Source of the DNA: an uncultured delta proteobacterium
GTDB lineage: Bacteria; Myxococcota_A; Polyangia; Polyangiales; JAFGIB01
Reading direction: 5' to 3'
NCBI GenBank assembly: GCA_963778655.1
Contig: CAVZVA010000005.1
Location: forward strand, 608,001 to 672,000
DNA length: 64,000 nucleotides
The notes under the pieces are model-generated. The model was not told the origin of the DNA. It did no database searches and saw nothing but the letters and a program-made list of their open reading frames with translations. Position numbers and translations under genes: made by a program. Within the stretch, counting starts at the first letter, position 1, and each line of letters begins with the position of its first letter. Below are positions 50,839-60,272 of this stretch, in pieces.

Positions 50839-52161
50839 ATGTTCTACGCGGACCTGCACATACACTCGAAGCATTCGCGCGCGACGAGTCGGGACTGCGA
50901 CCTCGAGCACCTCTACCTGTGGGCGCGCAAGAAGGGCATTGGCGTGATCGGCACCGGCGACTTCACGCACCCCGCCTGGCTGGCGGAGCTGCGCGAGAAG
51001 TTGGTGCCGGCCGAGCCCGGGCTGTACCGGCTGCGCCCCGAGCTGGAGCGGGAGCTGGACCGCGCGCACCCGCCCGGGCCACAGCCGGCTCCGCGCTTCA
51101 TGCTGCAGGTCGAGATCTCCAACATCTACAAGCGCGACGGAAGGACCCGCAAGATCCACAACCTGATCTATACGCCCGACCTCGACAACGCCGCGCGCTT
51201 CGCCGCGCGGCTGGCGCGCGTCGGCAACATCGCGTCCGACGGCCGTCCCATCCTGGGGCTGGACTCGCGCGACCTGCTCGAAATCGCGCTCGAGACCGGG
51301 CCCGGCTGCTATCTGGTGCCGGCGCACATCTGGACGCCGTGGTTCGCGGTGCTCGGCTCCAAATCCGGCTTCGACGCGGTGCAGGACTGCTACGCGGACC
51401 TCGCCCCGCACGTGTTCGCGGTGGAGACCGGCCTCTCCTCCGACCCGGGGATGAACTGGCGTCTGTCGAGGCTCGATCGCTACCGCCTGGTCTCGAACTC
51501 CGACGCGCACTCACCGCCCAAGCTGGGCAGGGAGGCCACGCGCTTCACGGGCGAGCTCGACTACTTCGCGATCATGCACGCGCTGCAGACCGGCGAGCGC
51601 TTCGGCGGCACGGTCGAGTTCTTCCCCGAGGAGGGCAAGTACCATCTCGACGGGCACCGCAAGTGCGACGTGTGCCTGCAACCCGAACGCTCGCGCAGCC
51701 ATGAGGATCTGTGTCCGGTGTGCGGCAAGCCGCTCACACTCGGCGTGCTGCACCGGGTAGAGGCGCTGGCGGATCGGCCCGAGGGCTTTGCTCTCGAAGG
51801 CGCCGCGCCCTACGACTGCCTGGTGCCGCTGCCCGAGTTGCTGGCCGAGACGCTCGGGGTCGGCGCCGCCAGCCAGAAGGTGCGCATCGCCTACGAGCGC
51901 ATGCTAGCCGCGCTCGGCCCCGAGCTGTACATTCTGAAGCAGGCGCCGATCGAAGACCTGCAGCGAGAGGCTTCGACCCTGGTGGCGGAGGCGATCGCGC
52001 GCATGCGCGCGGGCCGAGTGCTGCGCCAGCCGGGTTTCGACGGCGAGTACGGGGTGATCCGGATGTTCGAGCCGGACGAGCTCGCGCGCAGTCACATCGC
52101 ATCGCGGCTCGACCGCGCGGTCGAGCCGCAGGCGCCGGCCGCGCCGCTGCCCGAAGCCTAG
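50839..52161 (+). CDS. Endonuclease Q family (PHP domain with Zn ribbon)
   Basis: ADLHIHSKHSRATS, GTGDFTHP, PAHIWTPW, SNSDAHS, GKYHLDGHRKC, CPVCG, PGFDGEYG. Confidence 0.85.
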   Translation: MFYADLHIHSKHSRATSRDCDLEHLYLWARKKGIGVIGTGDFTHPAWLAELREKLVPAEPGLYRLRPELERELDRAHPPGPQPAPRFMLQVEISNIYKRDGRTRKIHNLIYTPDLDNAARFAARLARVGNIASDGRPILGLDSRDLLEIALETGPGCYLVPAHIWTPWFAVLGSKSGFDAVQDCYADLAPHVFAVETGLSSDPGMNWRLSRLDRYRLVSNSDAHSPPKLGREATRFTGELDYFAIMHALQTGERFGGTVEFFPEEGKYHLDGHRKCDVCLQPERSRSHEDLCPVCGKPLTLGVLHRVEALADRPEGFALEGAAPYDCLVPLPELLAETLGVGAASQKVRIAYERMLAALGPELYILKQAPIEDLQREASTLVAEAIARMRAGRVLRQPGFDGEYGVIRMFEPDELARSHIASRLDRAVEPQAPAAPLPEA

Positions 52162-52500
52162 CCGAGCGTCGCCCCGGCGATCCCTGTGCCGCGCTCCGTG
52201 TGCCGCCGTCGGCCGCTGCCTCTCCGCAGCCCAGCCTGTTCGATCCGCCGCCTGCGCCGGCGTCCCCCGAGCTCGAGGGGCTCGACCCGGAGCCGCGAGC
52301 GGCCGCGGCGCTGAGCGCCGGCCCCGCTGCTGATCATCGCGGGACCGGGCACGGGTAAGACGCACACGCTGACCCAACGGCTGGCCCCGCTTGATCCGCG
52401 CTCACGGCGTTGCGCCCCGGGCCTGTCTGGCGGTCACGTTCACGCGCCGCGCTGCCGAGGAGCTGCGCGAGCGGCTGGTTGCGCTGCTGGGGGATGCTTG
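52162..52500 (+). pseudogene. Frameshifted, truncated UvrD/PcrA helicase N-terminus
   Basis: Across frames: GLDPEPRAA, LLIIAGPGTGKT, LAVTFTRRAAEELRER; similarity ends near 52500. Confidence 0.8.
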
Positions 52501-52540
52501 TCTACTCGCGTCAAGACAGGGCCCCGCTAGCCTTCTGTAA

Positions 52541-52589
52541 CCGGGAGGGGCACGCGCCCCTCCCGGCCCGTTGGGCAAAGCCCAACGGG
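52541..52589. repeat. Two adjacent perfect hairpins (REP-like or terminator)
   Basis: CCGGGAGGGGC-ACGC-GCCCCTCCCGG then CCCGTTGGGC-AAA-GCCCAACGGG. Confidence 0.7.
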
Positions 52590-52623
52590 GCCCACCCCCC
52601 CCGCGGGTCGCTTCGCTCCGGTG

Positions 52624-54993
52624 CTAGAGTGCGGCCGCTTCCTTGGCCGGGCGGTCGGCGGCGAGCAGCACGTCGCGCGCCTCCTTGACGCCTGCATCGC
52701 GCGCCGCGAGCAACAGCCCGCGCAGGTTCATCGAGGCCAGGGTGTTGGCCACCAGCGCGCGGCGACTCGCGTCGGAGCTGCCGAGCTCCTTGTACAGGGT
52801 CTCGCGGATGTCCCGATCGGACATCCCGCCTGCGCCTTCCCAGCCCGAACGCAGGCGCGCCGTCACCTGGGCCCACACGTACGTGTAGGAATTCTGACCG
52901 GTGCCCTCCATCAGGATCTGGCCCACCCGCAAGCGGCGATAGATCTGACCCGAATCGAACATGGCCTTGGTCAGGATGTTGAAGTTGTCGTTCTCGGTGC
53001 TGTTGACTGCCATCCGCAGCACCTCTTCGGTGTCGCGGTCCTTGGGCAGCACCGCGAGCAGCTTGTGGGCCGCGTCCTCGCTGCCGCCCAGGACCACCGC
53101 GAACGCCGCGTAGCGCCGCGCGGTCGGGTCGTCGAGCAATGCGATCAGCTTCGCATCGTTGGCCGCGCTGCCGGCGTAGCCGATGGCCAGCGCCGCCGCG
53201 GTCTTGATCCCCGACGGTGTGTCGCCCGAGAGCAGCGGCAGGAGCTGGCTCGCGACGTCAGGGTTCGGCTTGCGCCACAGGCCCGTGGCGTAGTCCGTGC
53301 GGATCCGCTCGTCGAGCTTGGTGTCCATGATCTTCTGCAGCATCAACTGGTAGACGCCTTGATCGGCGACCTGCCCGAGCGTGGCACCGGCGACTTCGGC
53401 CAGGCGGAAGTCGTCCTCCGGGTCCTCGATGATCGTGGTCAGGTCCTTGATAAGCTTGGGATCGGGGCGCCCGAAGTACGCCAGGCCGCCCATCGCTTCC
53501 AGACGGTTTCGATACGCCATCTCGGAGGGGACGCTGGGCTTGGAGAAGTCGATGTCCTTGTACTTGGTGCGCGGCAGCAGGCTCAGCAGCTCCGCGTAGC
53601 CCTTGTCGTAGGGCAGCTGGCCGATGGCCTTGGCCGCGGCACCGATGTCGTCGCCCTTGAGCTCCTTGATCAGCTCGGGCCCGGCGGCCATCGCGTGGGT
53701 CGCGCCCAGCGCGCGCATGATCGCGGCCTTGCGCTCCGGCGCCTTCTTGAACAGCTCCAGCAGGCCGTCTCCGGCCGACGGATTGCCGAGCCGCCGCAGG
53801 GCGTCGACTGCGTCGGTCGCGACTTCGTCCTCCTCGCTGTTTGCGAGCTCCAGCAGGGTCGGTACCGCGCGCGCATCGCCCAGCTCCGCCAAGCCGTGCG
53901 CGGCCTCCTGCTTCACGTCGTCGTCCGCATCGCCAAGCATCGCGGCCAGCGGGTCGGCCGCGCGCGGGTCATAGGTCTTGCGCAACAGGCGCACCAGGTC
54001 GCGCTTGGCGCCGACGTCGGTCGCCTGCTTGAGCAGCACCGCGAGCTGCGGTGCGGCCGTGGACTTGCCCAGCGCGTCGAGCACGCTCTGGCGCATGTCG
54101 GGGCGCTTCTGCATCAGCGTGAACAGCGGCGCGGCCGCACGCGGATCGCCAGCGCGGCCCAGGCCGGCCACCGCGGCGCGCACCACCTCGCCGTCTTCGT
54201 TCGGGTTCTGGATCAGCCGCACCAGCGGGGGCACCACCTCGGGCGAAGCCGCCTCGGACAGCGCCATCGCCACCAGCGCGCGCACGGAGGTTTCCTTGTG
54301 ATCGGTCAAGCTGGCCAGCTTCTGGATGCCCAGCGCTCGCGTGATGATGCGCGGATTGAACCCGGGCTGGGCCTGCAGGTGACCCTTGATGAACTCGTCG
54401 ACGATCGCGTCGGACGCCTTCGGATCCTGCTCCTTGAGCACCGCCATCGCCCACACCACCGGGATGCGGTCGGCGGGCTCACAGCCGTCCAGGATCTGCA
54501 GCAGCTTGGGCTTGGCCGCGTCTGCGGCCGGAGAACCGATGTTGGCGAGCGCCGAAGCCGCGGCACGCCGCACCATGCCGGGCGTGTCGAGCGCCTGGAT
54601 GAACAGGGGGACGGCCTTGTCGTCTTTGAAGTGCGAGAGGTTGCGGATGATGCGTTCTTTGACGTCGTCGTAGCTGGTCTTCTCCAGCTCGGTCCGCAAG
54701 GCCGCGAGCATGGCGTCGCCTTGCAGTTTGCCGGCCGCCAGCACGCCGTCCATGCGGTGGTCGAACGCGGCCGAGCTCTGCATGTAGAACCACACCAGAC
54801 CCGCGGCGCCCCCGACCATCAGTAGGGTCAGGATCTTCCCGGTCATCGTGGAGCGCTGCCCGATCTTCCGGAGCGCTTGCTCGTCGCTGAGCCCCGCGGC
54901 CAGATCACCCAAGTCCTCGGGATAGGCCGATGCGACCAGCGGGGGATCGGGCTCGAACGTGGGGATGAGCGGCAGACGTGTTCCCGTGCGCAT
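52624..54993 (-). CDS. Membrane-anchored HEAT-repeat protein
   Basis: SD GGAGG; TM ILTLLMVGGAAGLVWFY; repeated VRxxAAxAL...AVPxL helical pairs. Confidence 0.85.
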   Translation of the reverse strand: MRTGTRLPLIPTFEPDPPLVASAYPEDLGDLAAGLSDEQALRKIGQRSTMTGKILTLLMVGGAAGLVWFYMQSSAAFDHRMDGVLAAGKLQGDAMLAALRTELEKTSYDDVKERIIRNLSHFKDDKAVPLFIQALDTPGMVRRAAASALANIGSPAADAAKPKLLQILDGCEPADRIPVVWAMAVLKEQDPKASDAIVDEFIKGHLQAQPGFNPRIITRALGIQKLASLTDHKETSVRALVAMALSEAASPEVVPPLVRLIQNPNEDGEVVRAAVAGLGRAGDPRAAAPLFTLMQKRPDMRQSVLDALGKSTAAPQLAVLLKQATDVGAKRDLVRLLRKTYDPRAADPLAAMLGDADDDVKQEAAHGLAELGDARAVPTLLELANSEEDEVATDAVDALRRLGNPSAGDGLLELFKKAPERKAAIMRALGATHAMAAGPELIKELKGDDIGAAAKAIGQLPYDKGYAELLSLLPRTKYKDIDFSKPSVPSEMAYRNRLEAMGGLAYFGRPDPKLIKDLTTIIEDPEDDFRLAEVAGATLGQVADQGVYQLMLQKIMDTKLDERIRTDYATGLWRKPNPDVASQLLPLLSGDTPSGIKTAAALAIGYAGSAANDAKLIALLDDPTARRYAAFAVVLGGSEDAAHKLLAVLPKDRDTEEVLRMAVNSTENDNFNILTKAMFDSGQIYRRLRVGQILMEGTGQNSYTYVWAQVTARLRSGWEGAGGMSDRDIRETLYKELGSSDASRRALVANTLASMNLRGLLLAARDAGVKEARDVLLAADRPAKEAAAL

Positions 54994-55192
54994 CAGTGAC
55001 CTCCGGCAGGCGGATGTCGGGACGATACATAAGGAACTGGTGTGCGTTCAACGTACAACTGCTCACGCGTGCGGAATTCGCAGCGGAATTCGTCGTAGTG
55101 CCAACGAGTTGGGGCGACTCGCCGGCCCCTCCAGGTTTTCGCGTGACCAGCCTGTGCCGGCGCGCGGCGTGGAAGTCGGACCGGAGAATGCA

Positions 55193-55248
55193 ACAGGAAG
55201 CCGGGAAGATTCACAACAAGTCGTTACTTCCCGTCTTCCCGTCTTCCC
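55193..55248. repeat. GGGAAGAC-period palindromic repeat
   Basis: ACAGGAAGCCGGGAAG ... CTTCCCGTCTTCCCGTCTTCCC. Confidence 0.7.
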
Positions 55249-56474
55249 GGGTCTCTACGGCCGGCTGGCAGCTGCAACCCGAAGACGCGCTCTGCGTTGC
55301 GAAAGTACAGCTTCTCCAGGACCTCTCGGGGCAGGCCGATGCCGTCGATCGTCCAGTGTCCCTGAATCGGGGTAGGGTGGGGCATGTGCTTGCGGTTGGT
55401 CTCGAAATACGCCCAGTGGCGTTCGAAGAACACCCGCGCCTCGGGTCGGGTGCCCGGTTGCTCGCCTCCAGAGCCCAGCGTCAGCCCGTCGGGGAAGACC
55501 GCGAGATCGCTGCCGAACAACACGCGATCTTGGAAGCGCACGAAGAAGCGTCGCATGCGCTCGGCCGGGTGACGCCCGAGCTCGGGCACGCGGGCCGCGG
55601 TGTCGATGTAGTAGTTGGGATAGGCCTTCAGCATGCGCGCCACGCGATCGGGCTCCTCAGCCGCATTGCCGAAGTGCGCGCCGATGAAGGTCGTGTGAGG
55701 GTGGCGCGCGATGCGCGTCTCGAGCTGCTGCAGCAGTGTCTCCCAGCTCGGCCACGGCTGGCCGTTCGGCGCCGTGCCGTAGAAGCTCCAGCTGGGATGC
55801 ACCCGGAGCTCCTCGTAGCGTTCGTTGGCCGGTGTGTTGGGCTCGAAGAACGCCTTGGGATCGGCGCTGTGGATCAGGACCGGCAGCCCCAGCGCGCCCG
55901 CAGTGTCGAACACCACGTCGAGCCGCGGATCGTCGATGGCCACCAGCGCGCCGGTGGCGTCTGTCACGCCCAGCCCCAGCGACTTGAAGATCTTGAGACC
56001 CTTGGCGCCCAGCGCGCGGCAGCCCTGAAGCGCGCGCCGGGCGTACTCCGCAAAGCCGGGCTGTGCGATACGCGAGAAATGCAGGTTGCACAGCGGCTGC
56101 AACCGCCCGTCGCTGCGGCGCGCGATCTCCATCGACTCCTCGAGCCCTGCGCCGGGCTCGCCGCCTGAGAGGTTCAGCCCCATCGCGATGCCGTTCTCCG
56201 CCAGGATCGCCAGCGCCTCATCGGCCACCGCCGGGTGCACGTGGAGATGGACGTCGATCTTGGGGATGGCGGCGGGTGCAGCCCCGCGTTGGGCGGGTGC
56301 GCTCGCGGGCGAGGTGGCGTTGGCGGCGATGTGCGCGCCAGGGCTACACGCGCGTGCGCAGCCAACGGTGAGGCAGAGCACCGAAAAAACGAAAGAAACC
56401 CGGCTCGCGCGGGCGCATACCGACCCCACAGTGGGTCGGGAATGCTTGGAACCGCGCCGGTTTGGTCTTATCAT
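55224..56474 (-). CDS. Amidohydrolase family protein (Amidohydro_2), probably exported
   Basis: IDVHLH, PVLIH, IGAHFG, RVLFGSD, YFRNAER; start uncertain. Confidence 0.85.
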   Translation of the reverse strand: MIRPNRRGSKHSRPTVGSVCARASRVSFVFSVLCLTVGCARACSPGAHIAANATSPASAPAQRGAAPAAIPKIDVHLHVHPAVADEALAILAENGIAMGLNLSGGEPGAGLEESMEIARRSDGRLQPLCNLHFSRIAQPGFAEYARRALQGCRALGAKGLKIFKSLGLGVTDATGALVAIDDPRLDVVFDTAGALGLPVLIHSADPKAFFEPNTPANERYEELRVHPSWSFYGTAPNGQPWPSWETLLQQLETRIARHPHTTFIGAHFGNAAEEPDRVARMLKAYPNYYIDTAARVPELGRHPAERMRRFFVRFQDRVLFGSDLAVFPDGLTLGSGGEQPGTRPEARVFFERHWAYFETNRKHMPHPTPIQGHWTIDGIGLPREVLEKLYFRNAERVFGLQLPAGRRDPGRREDGK

Positions 56475-56548
56475 GGGCGCAACTACGCGGAATCGTTACC
56501 GACCCGGGTGGGGTCCGGAAAGCCACTGAACGTCGCGCGAGGGTGGGC

Positions 56549-56890
56549 ATGACCAAGTCCGAGCTGATCGAAGCCGTCGCACAACGCAGCAACATCACCA
56601 AGAGCCGCGCCGAATTCGTAGTCAATTGCGTGTTCGACGCCATGACCGACGCGCTCGAGCGCGGCGAGGGTATCGAGATTCGTGGCTACGGTTCCTTCAC
56701 CGTCCGCCATTACCACGCGTACGACGGTCGCAACCCGCGCACGGGCAAGGCGGTTTCGGTACCCGAGAAGCGCCTGCCTTTCTTCAAGGTCGGCAAAGAG
56801 TTGAAAGCGTTGGTCAATGGCACGACCGTGCCGCTCGACGGCAGCGACTCCGACGACAGCGACGACGACGACAGCGACGACGAGGACTGA
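56549..56890 (+). CDS. ihfB: Integration host factor beta / HU family, with acidic tail
   Basis: MTKSELI, EIRGYGSF, GRNPRTG, PFFKVGKELK. Confidence 0.9.
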   Translation: MTKSELIEAVAQRSNITKSRAEFVVNCVFDAMTDALERGEGIEIRGYGSFTVRHYHAYDGRNPRTGKAVSVPEKRLPFFKVGKELKALVNGTTVPLDGSDSDDSDDDDSDDED

Positions 56891-56933
56891 GCAGGTACGG
56901 CGTCTGGCCAAGCTTTGGCGAGGCGTGGGACCA

Positions 56934-58292
56934 CTACAGCTTGGTGTGCGCGACCACAGCGCGCCGGAAATCCGGCGCCTCGCCAATCGCCTCGAGCAGG
57001 GCTTCGGCGGGCGTCTTTCCCTGCGCGAGCAACGCCTGCAGCGGCTGCAGGTAGACGCGCTCGTCCTGCCCCTGCGGGTTGGTGCACGCCTGGCGCGCGA
57101 GCCCGGCGGCCGCGATCTCGACCACTTGACGCGCCCACCACAGCACCGGCTTGCCGCCGAGGCGCGCTTTCAGCGCGCTGCGCGCGATCTCCGGCCTGGC
57201 CCGCGCGACGCTGGCGGCATCGAGCGGCACGATCAAGCTCTCCAGCTCGGACAGAGCGTGCGGGTCGTACAACATGCCCTTCCACAGCGCCGGCACCGCG
57301 CAGATCAGCGCGCGCGGCTGCGCGTCGATGCCGCGCACCTCGATCGTCTTCTTCAGCCGCGCTTCGGGAAACAGCGTGTTGAGGTGCGTCTCCCAGTCGG
57401 CCAGCGTGGCGCGCTCGCCCTGCGCGCCGTCGCTCATGAACGAACGAAAGCTCTGGCCCGTGTTCGCGACCACGCGGCTACCGCGCTTGAGCATGAACAT
57501 CGGCACGTCCAGCGCCCACTCCACGTAGCGGCGGTAGGACATGTCGCGCTCCCACGCGAACGGCAGCATGCCGCTGCGATCTGGATCCATGCCGAGCCAG
57601 ACCGCGGCCCGTTCGCACAGGTGAGGTCCGCGCCGCCCTTCGATGAAGGGGCTGTTCGCGAACATGGCGGTGGCCACCGGCTGCAGGGCGAGCGCCACCC
57701 GCAGCTTGCGCACGGCGTCCTGCTCGCTTTCGTAGTCGAGATTGGCTTGCACTGTGCACGTGCGGCGCATCATGTCGAGCCCACGCGGGCCGCGGGTGGG
57801 TAGATAGCGTTCCATGATGCCGTAACGCAGCTTGGGCACGTGCGGCAGATCCTGCTGGCGGGCGAACGGGTGGAAGCCGATGCTGACCCACACGATGCCA
57901 AGCGTCTCCGAGACGGTGGCAAGCTCGGCGAGGTGGGCGTCGAGCTCGGCGCGCGTCTGGTGCACGTCCTCGAACGGAGCGCCCGAGAGCTCCAGCTGGC
58001 CCGCCGGCTCGAGCGTGATCGATGCGCCGTCGCGCAGCAGCGCGATGATCTCTCCCTCCGGGTGCTCGCGTTGGGGCTGCCAGCCGTGGCGTTCGGCGAG
58101 CAGCGCGAGCACGCGTTCGATCGAACGCGGCCCGTGGAAAGGCAGTGGCGCCAGGCTGTCTGCGAGCAACCCGATCTTCTCGGCCTCCGTCCCGATCCGG
58201 AAGCGCGCGCGCGGCTTCTCGGCGTTCAAGAACGGCAACAGCAAATCGTCGAAGGTCTCGAGCGGCGCGTCGGCTATGGGCGTGGCGGACAG
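56934..58292 (-). CDS. gshA: Glutamate--cysteine ligase (plant/alphaproteobacterial type)
   Basis: IGTEAEK, TLEPAGQLELSG, GLDMMRRTCTVQANLD, FANSPF, FPEARLK; start inferred at CTG 58292 (TTG 58244 is the alternative). Confidence 0.9.
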   Translation of the reverse strand: MSATPIADAPLETFDDLLLPFLNAEKPRARFRIGTEAEKIGLLADSLAPLPFHGPRSIERVLALLAERHGWQPQREHPEGEIIALLRDGASITLEPAGQLELSGAPFEDVHQTRAELDAHLAELATVSETLGIVWVSIGFHPFARQQDLPHVPKLRYGIMERYLPTRGPRGLDMMRRTCTVQANLDYESEQDAVRKLRVALALQPVATAMFANSPFIEGRRGPHLCERAAVWLGMDPDRSGMLPFAWERDMSYRRYVEWALDVPMFMLKRGSRVVANTGQSFRSFMSDGAQGERATLADWETHLNTLFPEARLKKTIEVRGIDAQPRALICAVPALWKGMLYDPHALSELESLIVPLDAASVARARPEIARSALKARLGGKPVLWWARQVVEIAAAGLARQACTNPQGQDERVYLQPLQALLAQGKTPAEALLEAIGEAPDFRRAVVAHTKL

Positions 58293-58422
58293 GGTGGTTT
58301 CTCCCGGATGCCGGACGATGGCGGCGCCTCGAGATCTCGAGCCAGCGGGAAATAGTACCGGAGCAGGGCCCAGGCAAGCGCCGCGAGCAAGGAAGCCGGC
58401 CGCTCTGACGCCGAGCGCGCGG

Positions 58423-58452
58423 TTGACAGCGCTCTCTGCCGGTGGCTATAGT
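58423..58452 (+). promoter_or_regulatory. Near-consensus sigma70 promoter of HEAT lipoprotein gene
   Basis: TTGACA-18 bp-TATAGT. Confidence 0.7.
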
Positions 58453-58582
58453 CGCGCCTCGTCGACACTTGTAAGTGCTCGTACGAACAGCGAATTCGGA
58501 TTTGGGCTCGGTTTCTCGCGGCGACCTTTCGGGCGGCCCCAGCGTGGCCGCCAAAAGGTCTCGCTCCGATGGGGAGGTGGTC

Positions 58583-60250
58583 ATGCTCAAGCAAGCGCTG
58601 CTCAAGACCTTTGCGGTGTTGCTGCTGGTTTCGTGCGTGGCGACGGTGGGCTGCCACGCCGACGACAACGACGCCAAGGGGCAAGCCGGCGAGCTCGCGG
58701 ACCCGGTCCGGCGCGAGCACGCGATCGGTCGGCTCTGGAGCATCTTCAGCGAGAGGCTGGTGGCGGCCAAGGGCAACCACCAGGATCCGTCGATCAAGCA
58801 GTTCGCCGACGATACCTACGCCGACCTGGTCAAGACCTACATCGATCATCCCGAAGACAGCCAGAACGGGCTGAAGATCCTGCAGCTGATGGCGGAGATG
58901 CGCGACCCGCGCACGCTGCCGGCGCTGCTCAAGGCGCTCCAATGGCAGGCCGAGGTGACCGAGGACCACGCGGTCACGGCGGCCAACACGCTGGCCGCGA
59001 TCGACATCCCTGCGGACAAGCGCGGCGAGGTGATCGACAAGATCTGTGCGGCGCTCAAGCGCGTGCAGGGCGCGCGGGGCGTGGACAACCGCATGCGCAA
59101 GGGCTTCATCGAGGTGCTGGGCAAGCTCAGGGACAAGCGCGCCACGCCTACCCTGGTCGAGATCGCGCTGCGCCAGGACGAGTCGCAGAACTTCCTGTTC
59201 AACAAGCTTGCCGCGCAGCAGCTCACCAAGATCGCCGATCCCGCGGCGGTCGATTCGCTGGTCAAGGCGCTCTACATGTTCGACCCCAAGCAGCCGATGA
59301 TGCGTATGGAAGAGGACGCCGAGGCCGCGCTGGTGGCGATCGGCAAGCCCGCGCTGGAGCCGCTGCTGAAGGTGGTGCGGGGCGAGAACAAGGACGTCGG
59401 CAAACTGGTCGATCTCTCGATCGAAGCTTTCCGCCGCAAGGACCAGGAAGTCGCCGCCAAGATGAACCGCGACACGCTGATCGCACGCGAGGCAGTGCTG
59501 GCGCTCGGCCGGCTTGGCTTCCGCGACGCGCTCGACACCCTGATCAAGGAAACGGAGGCGGATGATCCCGACCGCCGCATGACCGCAGCCCTGGCGCTGG
59601 TCAGCATCAACCGCGAGCCCGGCGACACGCAGCGCATCGTCGACGCGATGACCAAGGTCTACGATAAGTCCGACAAGCAGGCGCGCCCGCAGCTGCTGGT
59701 GGCCTTCCGCCACCTCTACGCGGACGAGGCGATGCCCTTGCTGCTGAAGGTCGCCAAGACCCACGAGAGCGAGCTTCCCCCGGTGCAGGCGTACGGCTGG
59801 CTCAGTTATGCGTTGATGGCGAACAAGGAAGAGGCGGCGAACCTCGGGCCAATCCTCGAGAAGGAAGACCTGATCAAACCGCAGCTGGTCGACTACCAGG
59901 TGGCGATCAAGGCCGCCGAGCAGTGCGATAAGAACGTGCAGTGCTGGCTCGGCAAGCTCAAGGACAAGGACAAGGTGGTGCTGCGCAAGGCGAGCACCAT
60001 GCTCGCGCGCTACGGGCGCGGCAACGACGCGGCGGTCAAGGGCCTGATCGAGCTGTTCTCGAACAACGATCTCGAGGTGCGCAACGAAGCCCTGAGCGCG
60101 GTCGACTTCATCGCCGTCAAGGGCAGCGCCGCGGCGGTCAAGAAGATCGACGACCTCGAGAATGCCGAGGCGGGACGCTCGATCTGGAACAACTTCAGCC
60201 GCGAGGCGCTGCCCACGCGCTCGCGCCTGCTGATCCGCGCGGCCGGTTAG
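58583..60250 (+). CDS. HEAT-repeat lipoprotein
   Basis: SD GGAGG; lipobox TVGC; repeated helical pairs. Confidence 0.8.
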   Translation: MLKQALLKTFAVLLLVSCVATVGCHADDNDAKGQAGELADPVRREHAIGRLWSIFSERLVAAKGNHQDPSIKQFADDTYADLVKTYIDHPEDSQNGLKILQLMAEMRDPRTLPALLKALQWQAEVTEDHAVTAANTLAAIDIPADKRGEVIDKICAALKRVQGARGVDNRMRKGFIEVLGKLRDKRATPTLVEIALRQDESQNFLFNKLAAQQLTKIADPAAVDSLVKALYMFDPKQPMMRMEEDAEAALVAIGKPALEPLLKVVRGENKDVGKLVDLSIEAFRRKDQEVAAKMNRDTLIAREAVLALGRLGFRDALDTLIKETEADDPDRRMTAALALVSINREPGDTQRIVDAMTKVYDKSDKQARPQLLVAFRHLYADEAMPLLLKVAKTHESELPPVQAYGWLSYALMANKEEAANLGPILEKEDLIKPQLVDYQVAIKAAEQCDKNVQCWLGKLKDKDKVVLRKASTMLARYGRGNDAAVKGLIELFSNNDLEVRNEALSAVDFIAVKGSAAAVKKIDDLENAEAGRSIWNNFSREALPTRSRLLIRAAG

Positions 60251-60272
60251 ATTCCGCGCTGGACGCAGATTC

